A stretch of 64,000 nucleotides of DNA from an uncultured Bacteroidales bacterium (GCA_963790105.1 CAWBNI010000015.1:1434-65433), one strand, 5' to 3'. Shown: positions 1 to 16,154, numbered from the stretch's first letter. A program made the numbers and translations. Notes: generated by a model from the sequence alone, not told the origin.

Positions 1-2533
<2,533 letters not shown>

Positions 2534-2741
2534 TGTTGTACTTACAACTTAATATACAAATTATTCCAGCATGTCAAAGAACTTAATCTAATTATGAATT
2601 ATGAATTATAAATGATGAATTTAAAATTCATCCATAATCAAACAAGTAGTAATGAAACAACCGAATGTTTCCGTTTCCTAAACCACATTACCTATTTTAA
2701 AGAACTAAATTTCGAATTTCTAATACACCACAATAAAATTG

Positions 2742-2815
2742 TGGAGAATAAGGGATTCGAACCCTTGACCCCCTGCGTGCAAGGCAGGTGCTCTAGCCAG
2801 CTGAGCTAATTCCCC
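2742..2815 (-). tRNA. tRNA-Ala(TGC)
   Basis: GGGGAATTAGCTCAGCTGGCTAGAGCACCTGCCTTGCACGCAGGGGGTCAAGGGTTCGAATCCCTTATTCTCCA on the minus strand, in the ITS. Confidence 0.97.
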
Positions 2816-2820
2816 GAGGA

Positions 2821-2900
2821 ATTCATCTGTTGATTTGATTGATTTGCTGATTTGTTGATTTTAAATCATCAAATCATTAAATCATCAAATCACCAAATTT
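2821..2900. repeat. 8-bp-period inverted repeat (TTGATTTG / CAAATCAT units) between the ITS tRNAs
   Basis: ttgatttgattgatttgctgatttgttgatttt followed by aaatcatcaaatcattaaatcatcaaatcaccaaa; the two halves are complementary. Confidence 0.7.
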
Positions 2901-2903
2901 ACG

Positions 2904-2977
2904 TAGTCCCGAGCAGACTTGAACTGCTGACCCCTACATTATCAGTGTAGTGCTCTAACCAACTGAGCTACGGGACT
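2904..2977 (-). tRNA. tRNA-Ile(GAT)
   Basis: AGTCCCGTAGCTCAGTTGGTTAGAGCACTACACTGATAATGTAGGGGTCAGCAGTTCAAGTCTGCTCGGGACTA on the minus strand. Confidence 0.97.
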
Positions 2978-3151
2978 GTGTTAATCCGGTATACTCAGCT
3001 CTGCCTGTCCCGGCTTCTTCAGCAAACAGGCTACTGAGCTTAAATTCATCTGCGATTCAAAGTGCCGGGAACACTTTTCAGGGAATTAATATTTTATAAA
3101 AAAAAGAAGAGACTCGAAGGAAAGGAGAGGATTAAGAGTAAATCTCTCTCT

Positions 3152-4677
<1,526 letters not shown>

Positions 4678-4789
4678 TTAAAAATTTAAATATTGCTCAA
4701 GATTCACTCAAAATTCCTTACATTGCTGTAAGGACCTTATATTACTATAAGGCTTTTCCTTTTCCTTACCTTCTTTGTCTCTTCAATCT

Positions 4790-5165
4790 TTTCAAAGAAC
4801 TTATCTATAAAATGGGACGACAAAATTAATAAACTTTCTTAATCGCGTCACCTTTTTAACAAAATCTTTTTAGAACTTTTTTTTTGGATTCTTCATTCGA
4901 AATTTGACTTCCGAATTTTGAAGCGGAGTGCAAAGATAAAACTTCTTTTTTCATTTGCAAAAATAAATCGAAATTTATTTTTTTTGATCCGACTTTCAAA
5001 TTCCAAACGTTTAAAGAACGATCTCTGTTTTTTTAAGAGGCTGCAAAGGTAAAAACATTTTTTTAATCTGCAAGAACTTTTTTTATTTTTTTGTTTTTCC
5101 CTATTGTCAGACACTCAAAGAACCAAAGCGGGCACAAAGGTAAAATAATATTTTTCATTCCAACA
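4790..5165 (-). promoter_or_regulatory. rRNA leader with four TAnnTTTG (-7) promoter elements and boxA-like motifs
   Basis: Minus-strand TACCTTTG 5142-5135, TACCTTTG 5051-5044, TATCTTTG 4938-4931 (TTTG 19 nt upstream) and TAATTTTG 4828-4821. GTTCTTT(G/A)A at 5123-5115, 5019-5011 and 4800-4792. Confidence 0.7.
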
Positions 5166-5339
5166 TCACACCCTGTTATTTTTTTGTTGATTTCTCCTCC
5201 ACAAAAGCAATAGCAGCCTGATAATGAATACTAAAAACCGATTAAAAAAAATTGATCAGGTTTTAGTGCGAGAATTTAAGTTACTGCATTAGATAGTCAG
5301 AGAAACATACTCTATATAAAGTAGAATGCTTCGAGATTC

Positions 5340-5630
5340 TAACGCGAGTTCTGCAAAGTTTTTTCGCGAGTCTAAGAGCGCTAAAGTATTCATTATACTA
5401 TATACTGGGTTTATGAGGGCCGCGAGAGCAAATCTCATTGACATTCGGCTTTGACCGGGATCAGATATTAAGATCTGCGTGTCTCGATTGATCGGCACCT
5501 ATTGCTGCTTTGCGGCTTTGCGAGAAATAAATCTGCGAAATCAGCGAGAATCTGCGAGCAACAAAGCCCCGTTAAATAGTTTGCTCGCGTGATCCGCGAG
5601 ATACCAGCAGAACATGCAGAACTGCAGAAC
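5340..5630. repeat. Degenerate short-period intergenic repeat cluster (ATCTGCGAG / CTTTGCG units, inverted arms)
   Basis: ctttgcggctttgcgagaaa, then atctgcgaaatcagcgagaatctgcgagcaa versus ttgctcgcgtgatccgcgagat. A related copy lies at 16155-16280. Confidence 0.55.
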
Positions 5631-5696
5631 TTTTCCCCCGGATGATTCTCATTTTAAAATATTATCCTACCTTCGTATTCACTAATTTAATCGTGT

Positions 5697-6421
5697 GTGA
5701 ACAAGGCCATTGTAATTATACCCACTTACAACGAGAAAGAAAACATTCAAAAGATGGTGCAAACCATCTTATTACTTCCTGTTCCCTATGACATACTTAT
5801 AATTGATGATGGCTCCCCGGATGGCACGGCCGATATTGTCCGTTCCCTGCAGCCTTCTGCTCCGGAACGCCTGTTCCTGCTCGAAAGAAAGGGCAAACAG
5901 GGATTGGGAACAGCCTATATCCTGGGCTTTAAATGGGCCATTGAAAATAAATACGACTTCATCTTTGAGATGGACGCCGACTTTTCCCATAATCCACAGG
6001 ACCTGCATGCTCCTTCACCAGGCCTGTATCGATGGGGCTGACATGGCCATCGGTTCACGCTATAAATCCGGTGTAAATGTAGTCAACTGGCCTATGGGCC
6101 GCGTACTGATGTCATATTGCGCATCCATGTACGTAAGGTTTATTACCGGCATGAATATATATGATACAACCGCAGGCTTTAAATGCTACCGCCGGCATGT
6201 GCTTGGAGGCAATTGATCTGGATAAGATTAAATTCAAGGGCTATGCTTTCCAGATCGAAATGAAATTTACTGCCTGGAAACTGGGATTTCGCATCGAGGA
6301 AGTCCCTATTGTATTCACTGATCGCCGGGAAGGCACTTCCAAAATGTCGGGCGGAATATTCAATGAGGCCCTGTGGGGTGTACTTCGCATGAAATTGAAC
6401 AGCATACTTCAGGGCATATAA
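5697..6421 (+). CDS. Polyprenol monophosphomannose synthase (GT2, Dpm1-like); two apparent indels
   Basis: IIPTYNE, IIDDGSPDGT, GLGTAY, EMDADFSH, IGSRY, DTTAGFK, GYAFQIEM and FTDRREGTSKMS across ORFs 5697/5803/6161. Confidence 0.9.
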
Positions 6422-6436
6422 ACCAAAAAACAGTGT

Positions 6437-7784
6437 ATGAGCACAACGCTGATCACTCAGGCTACGATCATCAATGAAGGAAAACAATTGCGGGCAAACC
6501 TGCTCATCCGGGATGAACGTATTGAAAAGATCCTTCCGGCCGGTTTTAAACTTCCTTTTACACCCGACAATACAATTGACGCCAACGGAAGTTACCTTCT
6601 GCCCGGTGTAATTGATGACCAGGTACATTTCAGGGAACCCGGACTGACCCATAAAGGGCGACCTGTATCACGAATCCCGCGCAGCCGTTGCAGGAGGTGT
6701 TACTTCCTACATGGAAATGCCGAATACCTTTCCGCAGACCACTACCCAGCAATTGCTTGAGGATAAATATGACCTGGCATCCAAAGTATCCCTGGCAAAT
6801 TATTCCTTTTATATGGGTGCCACAAATGATAACCTGGACGAATTGCTGAAAACCGATCCGGCCAAAGTCTGCGGCATCAAAATTTTTATGGGTTCCTCCA
6901 CGGGCAATATGCTGGTGGACAATCCCGATACCCTGAAATCCATTTTTTCACGCTCCCCTATGCTGATTGCCGTTCACTGCGAAGATGAGACAATCATCCT
7001 GAATAATATCATGCATGCCAGGGAACGCTTCGGAGAAGATGTTCCGGTTTACCTGCACCCCGTGATCCGCAGCGCCGATGCATGCTTTCGCTCATCTCAA
7101 CATGGCGGTTTCACTGGCTGAACAATATAATACCCGGCTGCATATCCTCCATTTGTCAACGGCCGCGGAAATGTCATTGTTTAAATCCGGCATTCCCCTT
7201 GCCGAAAAACGCATCACGGCCGAAGTATGTGTACATCACCTGCTTGTTTGACGACAAGGATTACTTCACCCGCGGTAACCTCATCAAGTGGAACCCGGCA
7301 ATAAAATCAGCCAGCGGATAAAAATGCACTCATGCAGGCATTGATCGAAGGAAAAATCGATGTTGTAGCCACCGATCATGCTCCGCATACCCTGGAGGAA
7401 AAACAAAATACCTATTTTAAGGCTCCTTCCGGCGGCCCGCTCGTACAGCACTCGCTTACAGCCATGCTCGAGTTTTACAAAAAGGGCAAATTGTCACTCG
7501 AAATGATCGTTGAGAAAATGTGCCATGCACCCGCAATTATTTTTAAAGTGTCGGAAAGAGGATTTATCCGGGAAGGCTACTTCGCCGACCTGGTTTTGGT
7601 GAACCCGAATAAGCCCTGGACTGTTTCAACAAACAATCTGCATTATAAATGCCAGTGGTCACCGCTTGTGGGAATGCATTTTTCAAACCAGGTAACCCAT
7701 ACCTTTGTCAATGGCCATCTCGCCTACTGTGAAGGTTCATTTTTTGAAGAAAAGAAAGGCCAACGGCTGACTTTTTCGGTATAG
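6437..7784 (+). CDS. pyrC: Dihydroorotase (amidohydrolase family); several apparent indels
   Basis: [59 protein letters not shown]. Confidence 0.88.
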
Positions 7785-7812
7785 TGACCTTCTTTTCACC
7801 AGGCAAATATAT

Positions 7813-9637
7813 ATGGCATTGTTTTGGAATTATCTTTGTCCCTGTGCTTACTTTTTACTCAACTCATTGAATATAGTAATTTATATCCTGCTCATCACGG
7901 CCGCTGCAAATTTCATGTTGGCTGTCTATTCTCTCCGTTACCGTAAATCTCCCGGAATCATTATCTATTGTCTTCTTCTCCTGGCTTTTTGCTTTTATTC
8001 GTTCGGATATGCATTTGAATTACAATCAGTTGACCCTGATTCCATATTATTCTGGCTTCGGGTACAATATATTGGTATTTCATTCATTCCTTCCCTGCTT
8101 ATTCATGCTGTCCTTGCATTATACCGGAAGAACAAAACTTCTTAAACCGGGGATGATTTCCATTCTCCTGTTATATGGCTTTGTTACCCTGTTTATGCAG
8201 TTCACCAATTTCAAAAACCTTTACTATCTGAATTTCAATCTGATTTACAGCGATAATCTTGTTTTTTCTGATTTTGGCCACGGCCCCTGGTATTGGGTGC
8301 ATCAAACCATGATGAATCTGATGCTGCTGATCAGCACGATTTTATACCTGATCCATGTTTTACGAACTACCGGAACAAACCGGATAAGGGCATCCATCAT
8401 GTTGATCTCCTGTATTATTCCATATGTAATCTATCTTGTTTACATCAGTGGTTACCGCCCGCATAACCTCGATCTGAACCCATTTTCCTTTACATTGGTC
8501 GGTTTCCTGTTTGCTATAGGAGTTTTTAGATTTCAATTACTCGAACATCTGCCTGTAACTCTGGAACATGTGTTTAACAGCATGACGGACGGGGTCGTTA
8601 TTATCGATAATCACGGAAACCTTGTGAGCTACAACCAGTCGGCAACCAGACTGTATCCCCAGTTGATTCATCGGATAAAAGGAGAACCCCTGGATATCCT
8701 GCTCAAGGGTCTTCCTCCCCTGTCAGAGCTTAAAGATGGATATGAAAATGAAATTGAAATACCGGAAAACAACTCTCCGGCATTTTTCCATATCCGGGTA
8801 GTGGCATTAAAAAATGACCGCAAGAGATCCAGGGGATGGACTGTGATTTTTACCAACGTGACTGAAAGACGGTTAAAGGAAAACCGGCTTGTGCAGAAGG
8901 AGAAGGTGCTGAAAGGATTGAATGCCAACAAGGATAAATTCCTGGCCATGATTGGTCACGATCTTCGCAATTCCTTCCACCTTATGATCAATTTATCGGA
9001 TATGCTGATCTCGAATATTGAAACAGATAATAAGGAAGGAGCACTTAAAAAGGCAAACATTATTTATGATACTTCAGTCAGTACCTATCACCTCCTTCAG
9101 AACCTGCTTGAATGGGCACTTCTGCAACAGAAGGGGATGCAGGTCAATAAAACAAGTCAAAATATAACTGCACTGGTAAATGAGGAAGTCCAGGGCCTCA
9201 AAACCCTGTATGAGCAAAAAGAACTGACCGTGTCGCATATAACTGAAAAACCAGCAATTGCCATGGCTGACAGGGAAATGATAAAAACAACCTTACGGAA
9301 TCTGATTTCAAATGCCATCAAATATTCTTATCCGGGAGGTAACATAAGAATTATCGAAACAATGAAGCCTGATACGGTAACCATTTCAATCATCGACAAC
9401 GGAACAGGGATGACACCCGAAGAACAGGGACTTCTTTTTGGTCCGGATGACGTCCTGTCAAAAAAGGGTACAGCCGCGGAGGACGGGACCGGCCTTGGCC
9501 TCAGGTTATGCCGTGAATTCGTTCAACTGCATCATGGAGAAATCACCGTAACCAGTGAACCTGAAAAAGGAAGCACCTTTTCCTTTACCATTCCCGTTGC
9601 ACATAGACGAGACTGCCATGCGTCGTCCTGCAGGTAA
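7813..9637 (+). CDS. Sensor histidine kinase with N-terminal 7TM region, PAS, HisKA and HATPase_c; one indel; true start possibly TTG 7867
   Basis: Hydrophobic N-terminus, PAS-like DGVVIIDNHG, H-box IGHDLRN, N-box NLISNAIKY, DNGTG, GTGLGL. TATCTTTG promoter-like element at 7831-7838. Confidence 0.88.
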
Positions 9638-9653
9638 ACTAATCCTCATCTCG

Positions 9654-10351
9654 TCACTCGTCTACCCTCGTCACTTTCTTTAAAAAGGCCAGCCCAGTCT
9701 ACCGCACAGCGGATTCTCAAAATCCATTCTTTCCGGATGCCATTGTACAGCTACACAAAACCGACGGTCATGATCACTCAACTCTGCCGCCTCTATTATT
9801 CCATCCGCACTGAATGCGGTAATTTGCAGGCCGGATCCCGGCTTTTCAATAGCCTGATGATGTGAACTGTTCACCATTTCATGACTGGCACCTGTAAACC
9901 TGAACAATTGCGAATCCGGGTTAATCGAAACACTGTGATATACGTCCTGCTGATCTTTATGCGTCAGTTTGTCGGACAGGGCCGGGATATGCGGGATAAG
10001 AGTTCCGCCCAGAAATACATTTAATACCTGCAGCCCTCTGCAGATGGCCAATACAGGAAGCTCATATGTAAGGGCAGCTTCAAGCAGGTTAAATTCAAGT
10101 TCATCCCTTTTAACATCAATATTCTGGCAATGATGCCCTGTATCCGGATTTCCATATAAGGATGGATGTATATCCCCTCCGCCCGTCAGCACCAGTCCGG
10201 AATACTCCTGAACCCTGCTTCTGAATTCACCAGGATCCCGGCCTTCAAAATTCACAATTTCCAATCCGGGATAAAGCTTTTGCAGCCAGGCTTCATAATT
10301 GGGTGAAAGTCTTGATACGGCAATCGAAATCTGTCTTTACCATTCCTGCAT
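9654..10351 (-). CDS. Peptidase C26 / gamma-glutamyl-gamma-aminobutyrate hydrolase family (class I glutamine amidotransferase); ends uncertain
   Basis: GLVLTGGGDI, RDELE, LAICRGLQ (catalytic Cys), VNSSHHQA, VQWHPE. Confidence 0.85.
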
Positions 10352-10432
10352 ATGATCAATGAAAGATAAAGATAATTGTATATTCACTAAATTTCTTACA
10401 CAATGTTTATCTTTAATATATATCTTAAAACC

Positions 10433-10943
10433 ATGAAAATGCGTCTCATAATTTTGATGCCAGTTTGTCTGATGATCCTTTTCACAGCCTGCCGGAAACA
10501 TTCCACAGAAACCCCGGCCCCGGAATCTGCGGACAAAATCAGGAATGCCTTCAGGTATTGAAGTAGCCGATACAATCATTTACCAGGTTATCATAAGCAA
10601 TCCCAATCCCGAGGATACATGGACCACCAGGTGCCTGAGCAGTCTCAAAAGAAATGCACTTATTGACAGCATTTTCAATATGGTTTATACCGGGAGGCTC
10701 ATTGCATATGACCGCGAGACACATGAAAAATTAACCATGAAACAATTGAAGGACATGGAAAAAGCCGATGGATTCAGCCGTGATAAAATTGGCATGATCC
10801 AGTTCACTGAGGCCTGGTATCTCGATCCGGCCACCAGGGCCATGACAAAAAAAGTACTGGCAATGGACCTGGGGTATGATTACTATTCCAGTGAAGGGGA
10901 TTTGATAGCGTATAAATCCTTGTTCCGGGTGGAAATGAAGTAG
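10433..10943 (+). CDS. Lipoprotein with a short GldN/PorN-like domain; one indel near 10540
   Basis: Lipobox LFTAC after a hydrophobic leader from ATG 10433. GRLIAYD, FTEAWYLD..TRAMTKKV and LFRV resemble GldN C-terminal motifs. Confidence 0.55.
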
Positions 10944-11117
10944 GGACGAGGGACTAGTGGACTAGGGACAGTAGGGAAAGGTGTACAGGAGACAGGATGA
11001 TGCATAGGCACACTCAGACTGCATGACTGCAATCGACTGCAGGTCCCGGACTGCACTGAAACTGCAAAACTGCAAAACTTCTTCTTCCTTGTCCCTCGTC
11101 CCTTGTCCCTTGTCACT
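10941..11117. repeat. Nested intergenic element: inverted 7-mer arms (GGGAC(G/T/A)A) enclosing 8-mer GACTGCAA repeats
   Basis: Left arm agggacgagggactagtggactagggaca; right arm tgtccctcgtcccttgtcccttgtcact; inner gactgcatgactgcaatcgactgca...aactgcaaaactgcaaaact. Confidence 0.75.
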
Positions 11118-11165
11118 TTTTCATTATTTTTGCGACGGAAATCCATTCAAACAGATTTTATTTTT

Positions 11166-12563
11166 ATGCAGAAAATTCTTACGGTAGAAAAAATTGGCGG
11201 ATCATCCATGTCAAAATTCCAGGATGTATTGAATAATATCATCCTGCGGACATGCGAGGGTTGCGACTATTATAACCGGATATTCGTAGTATCGGCATAT
11301 AACGATGTTACCAACTGGCTGCTCGAGCATAAAAAAACAAAACAACCCGGCATTTACCAGAAGTTTGTAAATGGCGATGATTACAGTCGGGCCATGCTCG
11401 AATTGCTTGACAGGCTGATTGCCATCAACCGTACTTTCGAATCCATCAGGCTCGATCAGCAAAAGGCTGATGAATTTATAACTGACCGTATCGTTCAGGC
11501 AAAAAATTACCTGAAGAGCCTGGCAGATGTTCTGGCCACAGGATATGTCAACAGGCAGAACATCCTGCTGGCAGCCCGTGAGATATTATCATCCATTGGT
11601 GAAGCGCATTCGGCGTTCAACTCGGTAAATATCCTTTTAAATAACGGCGTAAACGCAACCTTAATAGACCTCTGCGGCTTCAATGATGCAGAATACCTGT
11701 CTATTGACGAACGCATTCACAGGGCTTTCCTCAATATTGACTATACCACTACCCTGCCCATTGTGACAGGCTATACAAAGGGTACCGAAGGCATCATGCG
11801 TGAATTCGACAGGGGTTACAGTGAAGTTACATTCAGCAAGGTGGCGGTTGAGGTGAAAGCGGTGGAGGCCATTATACACAAGGAATATCATCTTTCCTCC
11901 GCTGATCCCAATATTGTGGGGGTTACAAAATCCATTCCTGTCGGATTTACCAATTTCAATGTAGCCGATCAGTTGGCTGACATCGGCATGGAAGCGATCC
12001 ATCCCAAGGCATCCAAACCGCTGGAGATGACATGGCATCAATATACGGATCAAAAATACGTTTGAGCCTGAACATCCCGGAACCCTGATATCCAAAGATT
12101 ATGTAGGAGAAAAATCGCGGGTGGAGATTATCTCGGGAACCGACAAGGTAATTGCTATCGAGATCCACGATCCGCTGATGGTAGGACAGGTTGGATATGA
12201 CAGGGCCATCATGCAGACCTTTGAACAATATAACATCAGTTACATTCTGAAAGCAACCAACGCCAATAGCATCACGCAGGTGATATGGGAAGAGGACTTG
12301 TCAATGGACATGATTGCGGAACTAAAGTCAAGGTATTACGAAGTTACGGTAAAACCGGTTGCCCTGGTATGCACGCTGGGCACCAACATTGCCCAGCCCG
12401 GCATTATTGCCAAAGCTACCATGGCCCTGGCGTCAATCATATCAATGTTGATGCAATTTCTCAATCACTGAAGCAGGTTAATATGCAGTTTGTGATTGGA
12501 AGGGAAGATTACAAAAAAGCAATTGTCGCGCTGAATGACGCACTTTGCGTAAGGAATAGCTAA
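11166..12563 (+). CDS. ask: Aspartate kinase, ectoine-cluster type (Ask_Ect); two apparent indels
   Basis: TVEKIGGSSMS, RIFVVSAY, LLEHKKT..PGIY, FDRGYSE, IHKEYHLSSADP, VADQLADIGMEAIHP, C-terminal ACT domains. TATTTTTG promoter element near 11125. Confidence 0.85.
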
Positions 12564-12617
12564 ATATGCAGGTTTTAAGCAAATTATCGTAACTTTGCTG
12601 CTTAATTCCATTATCAA

Positions 12618-15084
12618 ATGATCAAATTTATCGCACGGTCGGGACAACCAGCCCTGGTTGGTAAGAATTTAAGCATTTCTTATGATCAGACTGCTTTCCC
12701 GCATTCAACACTTTTCCTCCTTATTGAAAAAAATTCACAGTCAGCGCATTGTAATATTTTCGGAAAACAGGCCGGAGTGGATTTATGCATTGTATGCCGC
12801 ATGGAAGCAAGGCTCCACAATTGTGCCCATCGATGTACTTTCCTCGCGTGAAGATGTTGCTTACATTCTTCATGATTGTTCTCCCCATGTGGTCTTTTGT
12901 TCGCGTGAAAAATCCGAATTTATAAGACTGGCCCTGAAGGATGCGGATAAGGAACCGGAAGTTCTTGTTTTCGAAGACATACAGGAACCGGATGTAGTTG
13001 ACTGCGGCGGAGGAATTTGTCATTGAAGATGAACTAAGCACTGCCCTTATATTATATACATCCGGTACGACTGGCAATCCCGAAAGGCGTTATGCTTTCA
13101 TTTAAAAACCTTCTTGCAAATCTGAATGCGGTATGCCGGGATGTGCCCATTTATCATGAAGGTGACCGGGTAATGATCCTCCTGCCGTTCCATCATATTT
13201 TGCCGCTGGTTGGCTCCATTGTTGCACCGATGTATTCAGGCGGAACCATGGTTCTGAACACTTCGCTTGCTGCCGAAGATCTGATGGCAACACTCAAACA
13301 GTATAAGGTGACCATTATGATCGGTGTTCCCAGGTTATACCAGCTTATATATAAAGGTCTCAGGGAAAAGATCAATGGCAGCCTGGTGGCACGTTCACTG
13401 GTGAAGCTTGCTGAAAAAGTGGATTCCCTTTCCTTTTCAAGAAAGATATTCGGCTCTGTACAGAAAAAATTCGGAGGCAACCTGAAATATCTGGTTTGCG
13501 GTGGCGCACCCATTGATCCGGAAGTTGTCAGGCTATTTAAAACCCTCGGTTTTGAAATACTCGAAGGCTTTGGCATGACAGAAACCGCCCCGATGATCAC
13601 CTTTACCCGGCCCGGAACCGTATTGCCCGGTGTACCGGGTCATTTGTTGCCGGGAATCAAAATTAAATTTGTGGAAGGAGAGATTGTAGTTTCCGGGAGA
13701 CAACGTGATGCAGGGATATTACAATAAACCCGAAGATACCGCACAGGTGCTGAAGGATGGCTGGCTGTCCACCGGGGACCTGGGATATCTCGATGAGAAG
13801 GGATACCTGCACATCACAGGGCGCAAAAAGGAGATTATCGTACTGCCCAACGGTAAAAATATTAATCCCGAAGAAGTTGAACGGGTTGTATTGAAGAATA
13901 CAGGATTTGTGAAGGAGGTTGGGCGTTTTTCTGAAAGAAGGAATATTACAGGCCATTATTCTTCCCGATTTCAGAAAACTAAATGAAGCCGGTATTACTG
14001 ATCTGGATGATTATTTCAGATGGCAGGTGATCGATAAGGTAAACCGCACCGTTTCTCCTTATAAGAAAATCCTGAGATTCCATATTACTTCAGCCGAATT
14101 ACCCAAGACCCGCCTTGGAAAAATCAGGCGATATCTGTCTACCCGAACTGGCAGGCGTTAAAAAAGAAACAATACAGGATGAGCCCAAAACCAGGGAATA
14201 CCAGGCGATCAAGAAATTCCTTGAAGATGAAACCCAGCAACCTGTTCATCCTTCTGATCATATTGAGCTCGACCTGGCCCTGGATTCACTGGGACGGGTG
14301 AGTCTTACCGCTTTTATTGAAACAGCCTTCGGCGTGGAGGTTCCTGAAAACAGCCTGGCAGATTTTCAATCCATAGCAAAACTGGCAGAACATCTTCATC
14401 ATAAAAAGACAAGGCTTAATTTTGATGGGATCAGCTGGTCACAGATTCTGAAAGAAAAAGTACACATTAAACTTCCTGAATCGGGTCTTACACATAACCT
14501 TATTAAAAATATGTTCCAGGTGATCTTCCGCTTGTCCATGCGAATAAAGGCACATGGATTGGAAAATCTTCCGGATGAACCCTGCATTATTGCTCCCAAT
14601 CATCAGAGCGTATTGGATGGCTTTCTCGTGGCATCTCTTCTGAAACGCCGGTTCATGAAGAAGACCTATGTATATGCCAAGGAAAAACATTTCAGGGGAC
14701 GCATTCCTTCGCTTTATGGCAAACCGGAACAACATCATCCTTGTTGACGTAAATAAAGACCTTAAATTATCCATCCAGAAACTGGCCGAAGTATTGAAAA
14801 AAGGAAAGAACCTGATGATCTTTCCTGAGGGAACAAGAACACTTACCGGTAAACTGGGAGATTTTAAACAGACGTTTGCCATACTCAGCCAGGAATTGAA
14901 GGTGCCGGTCATCCCGGTGGCAATCAAGGGTTCATATGACATACTTCCCTCCGGATCCCGCTTTCCGAGATTGTTCCGAAGAGTTTCTATTGAATTTCTG
15001 AAACCGGTGTATCCTGAAGATCATACGTATGAGTCTTTGAAAAATCTGGTTTACCAGCGTCTCGAAAATAAATTGAAAGATTAA
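12618..15084 (+). CDS. Fused long-chain acyl-CoA/ACP synthetase + acyl carrier domain + PlsC acyltransferase; several indels
   Basis: IIYTSGTTG, EGFGMTET, TGDLG, GRKKE; ACP motif LALDSL; acyltransferase NHQSVLD and FPEGTRT. TAACTTTG at 12590-12597. Confidence 0.88.
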
Positions 15085-15124
15085 AATATTAACTTTAACC
15101 GTTAATCATTAAACCCTATTTTAA

Positions 15125-15382
15125 ATGGATACCAAAAGTGAAAGACTCAGGGATGCTTGCGAACTTGCCGTCCAGACCTTTCAAAAATTAAAGCAGCCGG
15201 AATTTGACGATATTATTTCCAAACTCGAATTTTGCATCGGAAGTTATAATTTTGATAAAAATCCGGCAGGTTTGGTCGAATTCGGTTTTAAGGCAATGGA
15301 GATAATGAAGGAAATACGCAAGAAAAAGCCCAGAAAGATATCCGTTGAAGTAGTCAATGCCCTGGAAGAAAGCCTGGCCTGA
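15125..15382 (+). CDS. Small hypothetical protein (85 aa)
   Basis: Clean ORF with A/T-rich leader, co-oriented with neighbours, helical composition. No family recognised. Confidence 0.65.
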   Translation: MDTKSERLRDACELAVQTFQKLKQPEFDDIISKLEFCIGSYNFDKNPAGLVEFGFKAMEIMKEIRKKKPRKISVEVVNALEESLA

Positions 15383-15428
15383 TCTTTTGGATTTCTTCCG
15401 GCTGCAACTTAAAATATCTACCGCATAT

Positions 15429-16141
15429 ATGCTGAAAAAGCCCCTGTTAGCGTTCTTGTCCCTGTTATGTGTTCTGAACCTCACGGCCCAAAAGACATTT
15501 ATATGCTTCAACTTATTTAGGGATCACTGCAGGTGGTGCTTTCAACCGGGTAGGCTTTACTCCCAAGGTTAACCAGAATATGCTTGCTGCCAATTCCTTT
15601 GGCATAATGTTCAGGCATGTATCTGAACCCCATATTGGCGTTCAGATTGAATTGAATTATGCCGGACGTGGCTGGACTGAAAACCGCGACTCCCTGGGAA
15701 CTTATACGAGAAACCTCACGGTTTTGGATATTCCTTTCACAGCTGTATTTATAATCGGAAGTAAAAACCTCCGATTTGCGTTCAACCTGGGACCTGATGT
15801 TACCTACCTCCTTCATGACAAAGAAAAGAACTCCATCGTAGACGCCGTTTATGTTCCGGACTATTACCGGTTTATACACAACGGTAAGGTATATCCTGAA
15901 TATGGCAATCCTTATTACCTGGGTTATTATGGCAAGCCCATGCCCCAGACATGGTCGTTTGGTTTAACAGGCGGTGCATCCATTGAGTGGTATTCCAAAA
16001 TTGGCACCTTTGCCATGCGGGCATCCTACTGCTATATGTTCACAGATTATTTTTCCCTTGAATTCGGATGTCTTTTATTATGAGCAATCCAAATCTCAAA
16101 CCCTTAATTTGGGGGTAAGCTATTTCGTTAAGCTGTTTTAA
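15429..16141 (+). CDS. Outer-membrane beta-barrel (PorT/porin family) protein; indels
   Basis: Signal peptide (LNLTAQ), QIELNY..RGW, LDIPF, NLGP; reconstructed C-terminus LGVSYFVKLF ends in Phe. Confidence 0.75.
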
Positions 16142-16154
16142 GGGGGCTTTTTTC

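Noticed and set aside
10941-11117. Possible CRISPR array or riboswitch upstream of ask
   Set aside because: Units are 7-8 bp with no unique spacers and no cas genes are present. The element lies upstream of the predicted promoter and shows no lysine-riboswitch features I can recognise.
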